The notes under the pieces are model-generated. The model made no database searches and was not told the origin of the DNA. It worked only from the letters and a program-made list of their open reading frames with translations. From Lactobacillus sp. (GTDB lineage Bacteria > Bacillota > Bacilli > Lactobacillales > Lactobacillaceae): DNA of 64,000 bases. The position numbers and the translations under genes are program-made. Location: contig JAKDPD010000006.1 in the NCBI GenBank assembly GCA_030455605.1, positions 6,069 through 70,068 of the forward strand. Direction: 5' to 3'. Numbering within the stretch: the stretch's first letter is position 1; each line of letters begins with the position of its first letter. Below, one piece after another: positions 9,671 through 19,119 of the stretch.

Positions 9671-11401
9671 ATGGTTTACCAAGCGCTGTATCGGAAATGG
9701 CGACCGCAGACTTTTGATAGTATCGTAGGTCAAACGGCGATTACGAGTACGCTTAAGAATGCAATTGTGCGGGGCACAGTTTCTCACGCTTTCTTATTTG
9801 CAGGACCGCGAGGGACGGGGAAGACATCGTGTGCTAAGATTTTTGCTAAAGCACTTAACTGTACTCATTTGCAGGCAGGCGAGCCATGTAATCAGTGTGA
9901 TAACTGCTTGGCTACTGACAAAGGTGCCATGCCCGATATTATTGAAATCGATGCCGCCTCAAATAATGGGGTTGATGAGATTCGAAATATTCGCGACAAG
10001 GTGAAGTATGCGCCAACCCAAGGTCGGGTTAAAGTTTATATTATCGACGAAGTGCATATGCTTTCAATCGGCGCTTTTAATGCGCTACTTAAGACCTTGG
10101 AAGAGCCACCTGAGCATGTTGTCTTCATTTTAGCCACGACTGAATTGCAAAAAGTGCCCGCAACGATTATTTCGCGGACGCAGCGTTACCAATTTAAGCG
10201 TATTGCCAAAGCTGATTTGGAAGCGCGGATGCAATATGTACTGGCGCAAGAGCAAATTAAGTACGAACCGGAAGCCTTGGCGGTCATTGCTCAAGTGGCC
10301 GATGGTGGGATGCGGGATGCACTTAGCATCTTAGATCAATTGCTGAGTTACGAGACAGGGCAGATTAAATATGCCGATGCACTAAAAGTGACTGGTTTTG
10401 CAGCGCAAGCTGGTGTTGAGCAGTTGCTAGTCCAATTGCTTACGCAATCACCAACAGAATCCTTAGTTAAAGCGGATAAATTGCTCCAGGAAGGGGCTAG
10501 TCCTAAAAATCTGTTAATAGAATTGATTCGGCTAGCGACAGCGGCATTGGTATTAGTGAAGGCGGGTAAGTCAGCTTCTGCACAAGCTGTTTTTTTAACG
10601 GATAGTGTCGTTACGACGTTAAAAAAAGTTGACGTGCCCCGCTACTTCCAGTTAATTGAGCTGGCAAATATGGCATTGCTCGATTTGCGTTATACTAATC
10701 AGCAGCAAATCCCGCTCCAAGTTTTCATTGTTAAAACGAGCCGAGAGCCTTCCGCTCCAGCTGGGGATGAAAAGTTAGCAGCGACATTAGCAACGTTACA
10801 ACAAAAAGTGGCTAGCTTAAGTCAACAGCTTAAGGCTATGCAAGCCAATGGCTCAGTAACTAAGGTAGCAACGCGCCCAACTGATGTGAATAAAGTAAAG
10901 TCCGCAGTAACAGCCAAGCCCGCCGTGAAAGTGGCTAGCCGTGATCATAATCGGCAAGCCGTTTATCAAGTTTTGGCACAAGCAACCAAAGCTGATTTAC
11001 AGGCTATTAAACAGATTTGGCCAGATTTGTTATCGGTGCTGAAAGTTTCAGAACGGGCCTTATTAGAAGTTTTGGAACCAGTTGCAGCGAGTCCTAAACA
11101 AGTGGTCATGAAGTGTAAGTATACGCTGTGGTTTGAAAAAGCCAGTTCAAATAGTGATTTACTGACTCGGTTAGAGGCCGAAATTGAAAGATTTGCTAAA
11201 CATGCTTACACCATCGTATTAGTTCCGGATGGGGATTGGCTTGCTGTACGTAAGGATTTTGTGACGAGTCATCAGAAAGAATTGCGGCAGCAACGTGGGA
11301 CTACTGAGAAAAGTGATTCAGGTGAGACTGCACTTGACGAAACACCGGTAGTGACAAAAGCCAAAGCTTTGTTTGGTGATACTGTTAACGTAAAAGAGTA
11401 A
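9671..11401 (+). CDS. dnaX: DNA polymerase III subunit gamma/tau
   Basis: YRKWRPQTF, GPRGTGKTS, EIDAASNNGVDEIR, IIDEVHML. Confidence 0.96.
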   Translation: MVYQALYRKWRPQTFDSIVGQTAITSTLKNAIVRGTVSHAFLFAGPRGTGKTSCAKIFAKALNCTHLQAGEPCNQCDNCLATDKGAMPDIIEIDAASNNGVDEIRNIRDKVKYAPTQGRVKVYIIDEVHMLSIGAFNALLKTLEEPPEHVVFILATTELQKVPATIISRTQRYQFKRIAKADLEARMQYVLAQEQIKYEPEALAVIAQVADGGMRDALSILDQLLSYETGQIKYADALKVTGFAAQAGVEQLLVQLLTQSPTESLVKADKLLQEGASPKNLLIELIRLATAALVLVKAGKSASAQAVFLTDSVVTTLKKVDVPRYFQLIELANMALLDLRYTNQQQIPLQVFIVKTSREPSAPAGDEKLAATLATLQQKVASLSQQLKAMQANGSVTKVATRPTDVNKVKSAVTAKPAVKVASRDHNRQAVYQVLAQATKADLQAIKQIWPDLLSVLKVSERALLEVLEPVAASPKQVVMKCKYTLWFEKASSNSDLLTRLEAEIERFAKHAYTIVLVPDGDWLAVRKDFVTSHQKELRQQRGTTEKSDSGETALDETPVVTKAKALFGDTVNVKE

Positions 11402-11436
11402 TCAAAAATATCATAATCGGATAAAGGAGTACAAAG

Positions 11437-11775
11437 ATGAGTAGAAGACCTAATTTTGGTGGTATGGGCGCCATGGGCGGCATGAACATGCAACAAATGA
11501 TGAAACAGGCTAAGAAAATGCAAGCCGAGATGGCCGAACAGCAAGCGACTATCGCCGCTCAAAGCTTTACTGGTGAATCTGCTGATGGCTTAGTAAAAGC
11601 AACTTTCACTGGTGATCGAAAATTAACGGATATTAAAATTGCACCAGCAGCAATTGATCCTGACGATCCAGATATGTTACAAGATTTGATTATTGATGCG
11701 GTTAACAAGGGCTTGGCAGAAATTGATAGCGCAACGCAAGCTGGGCTTGGCAAGTATACGAAAGGTTTGATTTAA
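11437..11775 (+). CDS. YbaB/EbfC nucleoid-associated protein
   Basis: [24 protein letters not shown]; dnaX-ybaB-recR synteny. Confidence 0.92.
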   Translation: MSRRPNFGGMGAMGGMNMQQMMKQAKKMQAEMAEQQATIAAQSFTGESADGLVKATFTGDRKLTDIKIAPAAIDPDDPDMLQDLIIDAVNKGLAEIDSATQAGLGKYTKGLI

Positions 11776-11776
11776 G

Positions 11777-12376
11777 TTGCAATACCCACTACCACTGGCA
11801 CAGTTGATTGACGCTTACATGAAATTGCCGGGGATTGGCGAAAAGACGGCTACGCGGTTAGCATTTTATACTTTGGATATGCCCGCGATTGATGTGCAAG
11901 ATTTTTCTAAAGCACTCACAGATGTCAAAGAAAAATTAACCACTTGTAGTATTTGCGGGAATATTACTGAAAAAGATCCATGTGCCATTTGTCAGAATCC
12001 AGAACGTGAACAGACGACGATTATGGTAGTTGAACAACCAAAAGATGTCATGGCGTTTGAAGCAATGGGCGAATATTCAGGGCGTTATCATGTCTTACAT
12101 GGCGTACTATCACCGATGGATGGACTGGGCCCGGAAGAAATTAATATCAAAAGTCTAATTACGCGTTTGCAACAGCAAAGTGAAGTAAAAGAAGTTATTT
12201 TGGCGCTTAATTCAACTCCCGAAGGGGAAGCCACAGCTATGTATATTAGTAAACTCATCAAGCCTGCTGGGATTAAAGTTAGCCGGTTAGCTGCTGGCTT
12301 AGCTGTGGGGAGCGATATTGAGTATGCTAATGCCATTACTTTGAAGCGAGCGGTACAAGGAAGGACGGTCTTATAA
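11777..12376 (+). CDS. recR: Recombination mediator RecR
   Basis: [16 protein letters not shown]4 zinc finger, [18 protein letters not shown]; TTG start. Confidence 0.96.
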   Translation: MQYPLPLAQLIDAYMKLPGIGEKTATRLAFYTLDMPAIDVQDFSKALTDVKEKLTTCSICGNITEKDPCAICQNPEREQTTIMVVEQPKDVMAFEAMGEYSGRYHVLHGVLSPMDGLGPEEINIKSLITRLQQQSEVKEVILALNSTPEGEATAMYISKLIKPAGIKVSRLAAGLAVGSDIEYANAITLKRAVQGRTVL

Positions 12377-12609
12377 TGCCACGCAAGCTTAAAGCAAAAG
12401 AAGTGGGCGATCAGAAGCTGATTGCGCTCATTGAAAAATTGCAAAATGAAATTTCGCGTGAGGCTGATCTCGACCAAAACACGTTAGATATGTCAGAAGA
12501 TAATATTGTAGCTGCCAAAATTTTACATGCTAAGTATAACTTTGCATATGATGAAGCCAGATTCCGACACACAAGATTTAGTGGTATGACTAATGCCATC
12601 ACGCAATAA
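12376..12609 (+). CDS. YaaL-family protein
   Basis: 77 aa following recR, KYNFAYDEAR motif. Confidence 0.75.
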   Translation: MPRKLKAKEVGDQKLIALIEKLQNEISREADLDQNTLDMSEDNIVAAKILHAKYNFAYDEARFRHTRFSGMTNAITQ

Positions 12610-12702
12610 GTCAGCTTGCTTTGGCGAGCGGCTTTTTTATTCTCAGGATTTTCACTGTTAATATGGGGATAAATTCTGTAGAATAAAGCTATGGAGGAAG
12701 TT

Positions 12703-13347
12703 ATGAACGGTTTTTTTGTGAGCTTTGAGGGCCCAGACGGCTCCGGAAAAAGTACAGTTTTGCGCCGAGTTTTGACCCAACTTGCTAGTGAAATTAGACC
12801 ACCATATCTTGTGACACGTGAACCTGGTGGCTCTGAAATTGCCGAGGCAATTCGGCAAGTTATTTTAGATCCAGATTATGTCGCGATGACTGCGCGAACT
12901 GAAGCATTACTCTATGCTGCAGCCCGCAGCCAGCATTTGACTGAAATCGTGCGTCCAGCCCTGAAGGCAGGTAAATTGGTCATTTCAGATCGTTATTTGG
13001 ATAGCTCACTGGCGTATCAAGGTGCGGGAAGAGGGTTAGGGGTTGACGCAGTTGAAGCGATTAATCAATTTGCGACGGCAGGTTTATTACCCGATCTAAC
13101 AATTCTCCTTGATTTAAAGCCGCAAGTAGGCCTTGCGCGGATTCAGAAATTGCGTCCGCAGGCTGAAGATCGGATGGAACAAGAACAGCTCGCTTTCCAT
13201 CAGCGTGTCTACCAGGGTTATCAACAACTTGCTCAGCGTGATTCACAGCGAATTAAGGTCGTTGATGCCTCACAGCCAATTGAAGTGGTGACGCAGACAG
13301 TTATTCAAATTTTACGGCGCAACTTACCGACGTTATTTAAGGACTAG
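12703..13347 (+). CDS. tmk: Thymidylate kinase
   Basis: FEGPDGSGKST, TREPGG, DRYLDSSLAYQG. Confidence 0.96.
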   Translation: MNGFFVSFEGPDGSGKSTVLRRVLTQLASEIRPPYLVTREPGGSEIAEAIRQVILDPDYVAMTARTEALLYAAARSQHLTEIVRPALKAGKLVISDRYLDSSLAYQGAGRGLGVDAVEAINQFATAGLLPDLTILLDLKPQVGLARIQKLRPQAEDRMEQEQLAFHQRVYQGYQQLAQRDSQRIKVVDASQPIEVVTQTVIQILRRNLPTLFKD

Positions 13348-13348
13348 G

Positions 13349-14206
13349 ATGATTGACTTACAAGGAATTGAACCGGATTCAGCCGCCCAATTGCGGCAAG
13401 CTTTTGACCATAAGAAATTAGCACATAGTTATTTGTTCGTAGATCCAACAGCTGAGCGGGCTAAGACGGCGGCTTATTGGTTGGCCTGCCTCTTTAATTG
13501 TACGGGTAAAAATCGTCCTGATGGTACTTGTCGTAATTGCCAACAGATTTTGTCGGGAAATCATCCTGATGTGTTGCTCATTGGTCCTGAGGGGCGTGAA
13601 ACGTTGGGCATCGATCAGGTACGACCATTAAAAGCGGAGCTTGCTAAAAGCCCAGCCGAAAGTACCTGCCGTTTCTTTTTCATTGAATCGGCAGAAAAAT
13701 TGACGGCTCCAGCTGCCAATGCCCTACTTAATTTGTTGGAAGAGCCAATTGCACCGGTAGTGACAATTTTACTTACCACGAACAGTAATCAAATTCTGCC
13801 AACAGTTCGTTCCCGGACACAATTGTTAAAGTTTGGTGAACCAAGTATTGATTCGAAGACCAGTCAACTAATTGCGAGTGGGCTTACTCGTGCGGAATTA
13901 GCAGAAGTTGGTGAAACGACTGACTTAGACCAACAAATTAAGTATTACTATGAAGAGTGTTTGGCTGACGATTTAAAAAGTGTCGTGACGGCCTATCAAT
14001 TGGCAGCATTAGCACCTAATCATGTCATTCAAAAATATGTGTTGATTCAGTTAAAATTAAAAGCTCAAGCTGGTTTACACAAGCCGGAAGTACAAATGGC
14101 TAATATGAAGTTCTTAGCAGGACTGGTTGAGGTTGATAAATTACGCTTTAGTCATGTTAATTTTAAACAAGCACTGGAATATCTGGCTTTACAGGGGAAA
14201 CGGTAG
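13349..14206 (+). CDS. holB: DNA polymerase III subunit delta'
   Basis: AHSYLF, zinc cluster, NHPDV, AANALLNLLEEP, LPTVRSR. Confidence 0.9.
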   Translation: MIDLQGIEPDSAAQLRQAFDHKKLAHSYLFVDPTAERAKTAAYWLACLFNCTGKNRPDGTCRNCQQILSGNHPDVLLIGPEGRETLGIDQVRPLKAELAKSPAESTCRFFFIESAEKLTAPAANALLNLLEEPIAPVVTILLTTNSNQILPTVRSRTQLLKFGEPSIDSKTSQLIASGLTRAELAEVGETTDLDQQIKYYYEECLADDLKSVVTAYQLAALAPNHVIQKYVLIQLKLKAQAGLHKPEVQMANMKFLAGLVEVDKLRFSHVNFKQALEYLALQGKR

Positions 14207-14212
14207 GTGTTG

Positions 14213-14548
14213 ATGTTGGATCCATATTCAAAATTACAAAAACTCCAAGAATCGTTAAAAAGTATGACTAGAACCACCGATGACTTGGAAAATGATATCT
14301 TAGAAACCTTGAAAGAAAATACTGAACTTAAGGTAGAAAATGAACTGCTACGAGAACAGCTTAATAAGTTGCAAAAAAAGGGTGCCAGCGTCAAGAAAAC
14401 GAAAAGTGGACTGGAAAGTTTGCGTAAAATTTATGATTCTGGTTATCATATTTGTAATATGTATTATGGCTCGCACCGAGATCCCAGTTCAGACTGCATG
14501 TTTTGTCTGGATATTCTTGATAATTTCGGTGGCCGAGCCAAACATTAG
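14213..14548 (+). CDS. yabA: Replication initiation control protein YabA
   Basis: Coiled coil ENTELKVENELLR, GYHICN...CMFC; start uncertain (14207-14216). Confidence 0.9.
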   Translation: MLDPYSKLQKLQESLKSMTRTTDDLENDILETLKENTELKVENELLREQLNKLQKKGASVKKTKSGLESLRKIYDSGYHICNMYYGSHRDPSSDCMFCLDILDNFGGRAKH

Positions 14549-14560
14549 AGAAGGAGTCAG

Positions 14561-15433
14561 ATGCAGCGACAAAGTAGTTATGCCGATGAAGGTGGCAAAT
14601 TATATTTAGTACCAACGCCAATTGGTAACTTAAGTGATATTACGATTCGTGCTAAGCAAATTTTACAGGATGCGGATTATATTGCCTGTGAAGATACGCG
14701 GACAAGTGGTGTTTTATTAGCGCGGATTGGCGTTAAAAACAAATTGCTATCATTTCATAAATATAATTCCAAAGAGCGTGCTCCCGAGCTGGTCGAGATG
14801 ATGCAGCAAGGGACTGTCATTGCTGAAATTTCGGATGCGGGGATGCCGGTGATTTCGGATCCTGGCTACATCTTAGTGCAGGCTTGCATTAAACATGGTG
14901 TGCCGGTTGTGCCACTTCCGGGTCCGTCAGCGTTTGCAACGGCACTAATTGCGTCTGGCTTTGATGCCCAACCTTTTACTTATTATGGTTTTTTACCGCG
15001 TAAATCAACGGAGCAGAAAACTTACTTTGAACAAATGAACCAGGCTAAGGCGACTTCCATCTTTTATGAAGCACCCCACCGTTTGGCGAAAACGTTAAAA
15101 ACGTTAGCGACGGTTTTACCAGCCGATCGACAAATCGTGGCTGCACGAGAATTAACTAAAATTCATGAAGAATTCGTACGCGGAAGCATTGCCGAAGTAA
15201 GTGATTACTTTCAAGCCACTCCGCCACGAGGCGAGTTTGTCATCTTAATTTCACCTAATACCGAGCAGCGGCAAGTCGCCACTTGGCCAGAACTAATTAA
15301 AGCAGTCAGCCAGCTAGTTAAAACGGGTATGAGCCACAAAGACGCCATTAAACAGGTTGCTAGCCAAAATCAAATTTCAAAGAATGAATTATATGACCAG
15401 TATCATCAAGGACGGGAGGCCAGCAATGAGTGA
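14561..15433 (+). CDS. rsmI: 16S rRNA C1402 2'-O-methyltransferase
   Basis: LYLVPTPIGNL, ACEDTR, SDAGMPVISDPG, RELTKIHEE. Confidence 0.95.
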   Translation: MQRQSSYADEGGKLYLVPTPIGNLSDITIRAKQILQDADYIACEDTRTSGVLLARIGVKNKLLSFHKYNSKERAPELVEMMQQGTVIAEISDAGMPVISDPGYILVQACIKHGVPVVPLPGPSAFATALIASGFDAQPFTYYGFLPRKSTEQKTYFEQMNQAKATSIFYEAPHRLAKTLKTLATVLPADRQIVAARELTKIHEEFVRGSIAEVSDYFQATPPRGEFVILISPNTEQRQVATWPELIKAVSQLVKTGMSHKDAIKQVASQNQISKNELYDQYHQGREASNE

Positions 15434-16157
15434 AGAGTATAGCGAGACGAGGGTCATCGAGTTTTCAGATTGTGATGAAAATCGCCGGCTTAAAATCCCA
15501 GCAATGATTGCGATGATGCTCCAAACTTCAGAACATCAATTAGCCCAAGCTGATATTGATGCCGATCATTTAGTGAAACAAGGGCGTGGTTGGGTCGTGA
15601 CCCAATATCATTTCGAGCTAAATAAAAGCCCACATCCCCGCCAGCGCGTGATTATTAAGACTTTGGCGAGTGGCTATAATCGCTTTTTTACTTATCGTGA
15701 TTTTAAAATTTGTGATGAAAATGGTGACGTTTTAGTTCAAGCCATGAGTCGGTGGGTATTGTTTGATTTGCACAAGCGCACAATGATCCCAACGGATATG
15801 TCTTTGATGACCCCGCTTGAGGTGCCACTGATGAAACGGCTGCCCCATTTTGCAAAAATTCGCCGGCTGCCAAGCTATCAGCAAGAACGTCAGTATCGCG
15901 TGCGTTATGATGATATTGACACGAACCATCATCTGACGAATAGCCATTATTTCTCTTGGTTAATTGACTTATATGATCGTGATTTTTTACGAACCCATGT
16001 ACCAGCAACAATTGATGTTCAATTTGATAAAGAAGTGCTTTATGGTGAGTCACCAATTGCTTACTTAACTTTAACAGATGGGATTGCTAAGCAAGCCATT
16101 ATTTCCAAAGATGGTCGTGAACATGCAGTCTGTCAGATTGCGTGGCGTCAAGTATAA
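15426..16157 (+). CDS. Acyl-ACP thioesterase
   Basis: WVVTQY, VRYDDIDTNHHLTNSHYFSW; SD GGGAGG before ATG 15426. Confidence 0.88.
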   Translation: MSEEYSETRVIEFSDCDENRRLKIPAMIAMMLQTSEHQLAQADIDADHLVKQGRGWVVTQYHFELNKSPHPRQRVIIKTLASGYNRFFTYRDFKICDENGDVLVQAMSRWVLFDLHKRTMIPTDMSLMTPLEVPLMKRLPHFAKIRRLPSYQQERQYRVRYDDIDTNHHLTNSHYFSWLIDLYDRDFLRTHVPATIDVQFDKEVLYGESPIAYLTLTDGIAKQAIISKDGREHAVCQIAWRQV

Positions 16158-16181
16158 TTTTAGTGCCACTATAGGGAGGCA

Positions 16182-16709
16182 ATGGGAATGAAACGGACAA
16201 CGCAAACTGAATTACGACGGTTAATCTTATTAGGTCTTATTGTTGCTATTAAAATTGTGCTCGGACGTTTTACGGTTGGTCCGACATATGTGCAAGTTGG
16301 CTTAGGGTTTGTGGGGAGTGTGTTATTAGGATACTTATTTGGCCCCTGGTGGGGAGCACTTGGCGGCGGGGTTAGTGATCTCGTTGCCTCAGCCATTTTT
16401 GGCAATTCTGGTGGTTTCTTTATTGGCTTTACGTTAACGGCAATGGCGGGACCATTACTATATGGGTTGCTACTATATCGCCAGCCAGTGAAGCTTTGGC
16501 GGGTGGTGGTTGCGACTTTCCTAGTTACCGTGATTGTGAATTTGGGAATGAATACTTGGTGGATTCACCTCATGTATCATGCGCCGTTTGCACAATTGTT
16601 GGCCATTCGAGGGACGAAAGAGTTGATTGTACCTTGGATTCAAATGGCAATGTCGTATTTAGTGCTAAAATTAATTGCGCGTGTTAATGAACAACGCCAT
16701 ATTTTTTGA
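16182..16709 (+). CDS. folT: Folate ECF transporter S component
   Basis: VQVGLGFVGSVLLGYLFGPWWG...SDL...GGFFIGFTLTA, typical of Lactobacillus FolT. Confidence 0.85.
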   Translation: MGMKRTTQTELRRLILLGLIVAIKIVLGRFTVGPTYVQVGLGFVGSVLLGYLFGPWWGALGGGVSDLVASAIFGNSGGFFIGFTLTAMAGPLLYGLLLYRQPVKLWRVVVATFLVTVIVNLGMNTWWIHLMYHAPFAQLLAIRGTKELIVPWIQMAMSYLVLKLIARVNEQRHIF

Positions 16710-16726
16710 AAAGAGTAATAAAATTC

Positions 16727-17452
16727 ATGAAGATTTTAAGTGTCTCAACTGCGACTAACCATTTGAGTGTGGCTCTGAATCAGGCTGAGCAAGTGTTAGC
16801 GGAAGTTAACGAGCAAGATGAGCGTAATCACAGCGAACATTTGGCACCGGTGATTGCGGCAATGTTAGTGAAAAAGCAATTAAAATTAAAGGATTTGGAC
16901 CGCTTTGCGGTTGCCATTGGGCCAGGTTCATATACAGGTTTGCGGATTGGCGTGACCACCGTTAAAATGTTTGCCAGTATTTTAAACATCCCAGTTGTTG
17001 GGATTTCAACATTGGCTGCCCTGGCAGCTAATGTACCGGCACCCAATACCTTAGTCCTCGCCCTAATTGATGCGCGCAACACGAATTACTTTGCTGGGGC
17101 TTATCTTGCTGGCAAAAGTCTTATTCCAGATGGTCACTATCCACTTGAGCAATTAGTGAATCAGGTTCAAGCGCTTTGCATGAAACACGGCTATGAGCTC
17201 ACCCTTGTGGGGTCAGGATTAACCGCGGCTAGCGTAGCTTTTAAGGCTGCAGGCTGTGCTTTTCAGCTTGGCGCTAAGGAATCTAATTATCCGCATGCTG
17301 GGGTGATTGGGCGTTTGGCGATTAATGCCAAGCCAGTTGATCCAGATATGTTGTTACCGAATTACTTGCGCCGGACACAAGCTGAGGTTGATTGGCATCA
17401 CCAGACTGGTCAGGATTATCAACCTGATAGTAATTATGTTGAAGAAGTTTAA
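16727..17452 (+). CDS. tsaB: t6A biosynthesis protein TsaB
   Basis: RNHSEHL, GPGSYTGLRIG, LIDAR, LLPNYLR. Confidence 0.93.
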   Translation: MKILSVSTATNHLSVALNQAEQVLAEVNEQDERNHSEHLAPVIAAMLVKKQLKLKDLDRFAVAIGPGSYTGLRIGVTTVKMFASILNIPVVGISTLAALAANVPAPNTLVLALIDARNTNYFAGAYLAGKSLIPDGHYPLEQLVNQVQALCMKHGYELTLVGSGLTAASVAFKAAGCAFQLGAKESNYPHAGVIGRLAINAKPVDPDMLLPNYLRRTQAEVDWHHQTGQDYQPDSNYVEEV

Positions 17453-17990
17453 ACAGTTTGCCCACTTTTTTCATCCAGTGGTACCGGCGGAACGCGAGCT
17501 TGCGCAACCTTTTGCCTTTTCTTTAGCGGGACATCGGCTACTGATTTTACCAGCAAGTGACAATGATATTCAGAGCCTGCTCCAACTTGAACAGGTCATT
17601 TATCAAAGGACGCCATGGGTTGCGCAAACCTTTCAACGTGAGTTTCGTAAGGCCACCTGTCTCTATCTGGTCGTCTATGAAGGACCACAGTTATTGGCAT
17701 TACTGGGGGAACAATTTCAATCTGCTGATGCTCATATTACCAATATTTTCGTCACGCCAGATTATCAGCATTTAGGTTTAGGTAGTTTTTTAATGGAGCT
17801 CGCCATTGGTTATGCGCAACTGAACCATGCCCAGTCGATGAGCTTAGAAGTTCGGGTAGATAATTTACCGGCCCAAGCCTTGTATCGCAAGTATGATTTT
17901 GTCGGGACATTTGTGCGGCGTGGCTACTATCAAGATACACATGGGGATGCCTTAAATATGGTAAAGCAGCTGACAGGAGACAATCAGTAG
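17436..17990 (+). CDS. rimI: RimI-like N-acetyltransferase
   Basis: [31 protein letters not shown]...DA. Confidence 0.85.
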   Translation: MLKKFKQFAHFFHPVVPAERELAQPFAFSLAGHRLLILPASDNDIQSLLQLEQVIYQRTPWVAQTFQREFRKATCLYLVVYEGPQLLALLGEQFQSADAHITNIFVTPDYQHLGLGSFLMELAIGYAQLNHAQSMSLEVRVDNLPAQALYRKYDFVGTFVRRGYYQDTHGDALNMVKQLTGDNQ

Positions 17991-18015
17991 TAACGAAGAG
18001 AAGGAAGTTCAAGTT

Positions 18016-19065
18016 TTGACTGAAAAAAAAGCAATTCGAATTCTAGCTTATGAAAGCTCATGTGATGAAACGTCAACGTCAGTGGTTAAAAATGGGACTG
18101 AAATTGAAAGCTTGATTGTGGCCACTCAAATTAAAAGTCATCAGCGCTTTGGTGGCGTGGTGCCAGAGGTTGCTAGTCGGCATCATATTGAAGTCGTTAG
18201 CCAGATTACGAAAGAAGCTTTGGCTGAAGCAAACTGCAGCTGGCATGATATTGATGCTATTGCCGTTACTTATGGTCCAGGATTAGTGGGTGCCTTATTA
18301 ATTGGTGTTAGTGCAGCCAAAGCCGCTGCTATGGCAACTGACTTACCATTAATTGGCGTCGATCATATTATGGGGCACATTATGGCAGCTCAATTGACCG
18401 CGCCAATTACTTACCCCGCGCTGGCTTTGCAGGTTTCAGGCGGCCATACTGAAATTGTGTTATTGCATGATCCGGTTCATTTTGAAATTATTGGCGATAC
18501 GCGCGATGATGCCGCTGGCGAAGCATATGACAAGATTGGCCGCGTGCTCGGTGTCAATTATCCGGCTGGTAAAACAATCGATGCTTGGGCGCATCAAGGG
18601 CATGATACGTTTCATTTTCCACGGGCAATGATGCATGAGGATGATTATGATTTCTCATTTTCTGGTTTGAAGAGTGCCTTTATTAATACTTGTCATCATG
18701 CGGATCAAATTCATGAGACTTTGAATAAACTAGATTTAGCTGCGAGTTTTCAAGCAGCCGTGATTGATGTGCTCAGTGATAAAACGATGCGCGCCATTAA
18801 AGCGTATCAACCTAATACCTTTATTATGGGGGGCGGGGTTGCTGCCAATCTTGGTTTGCGTGAATGTATGGCTAATGAAATTGCCAAATTACCGGCTAAA
18901 GAGCAACCACGGGTGATTCTACCGCCACTTAAATTATGCGGTGACAATGCTGCCATGATTGGGGCTGCTGCCTATAATTTGTATCAAGCTGGTCAATTTG
19001 CAGATTTAACGTTGAATGCAGATCCGTCATTAGAGCTCCCTTATGCTGAGAGCATGCTTAATTAA
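18016..19065 (+). CDS. tsaD: t6A threonylcarbamoyltransferase TsaD
   Basis: [43 protein letters not shown]. Confidence 0.96.
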   Translation: MTEKKAIRILAYESSCDETSTSVVKNGTEIESLIVATQIKSHQRFGGVVPEVASRHHIEVVSQITKEALAEANCSWHDIDAIAVTYGPGLVGALLIGVSAAKAAAMATDLPLIGVDHIMGHIMAAQLTAPITYPALALQVSGGHTEIVLLHDPVHFEIIGDTRDDAAGEAYDKIGRVLGVNYPAGKTIDAWAHQGHDTFHFPRAMMHEDDYDFSFSGLKSAFINTCHHADQIHETLNKLDLAASFQAAVIDVLSDKTMRAIKAYQPNTFIMGGGVAANLGLRECMANEIAKLPAKEQPRVILPPLKLCGDNAAMIGAAAYNLYQAGQFADLTLNADPSLELPYAESMLN

Positions 19066-19068
19066 ACT

Positions 19069-19109
19069 AAAAAATAAGCCGTTCCTACCACCGGAATAGC
19101 TTATTTTTA
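19069..19109. terminator. Bidirectional terminator between tsaD and the ABC-F gene
   Basis: AAAAATAAGCCGTTCC-loop-GGAATAGCTTATTTTT between convergent genes. Confidence 0.75.
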
Positions 19110-19119
19110 TTTACGGGTT

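Noticed and set aside
10619-10632. A AAA AAA slippery run in dnaX with a -1 frame stop one codon later (AGT TGA), resembling the E. coli gamma frameshift
   Set aside because: It would truncate at ~aa 320 inside the collar domain. There is no properly spaced SD or 3' hairpin, the Z base is A rather than G, and Firmicutes are generally reported to make only full-length DnaX.
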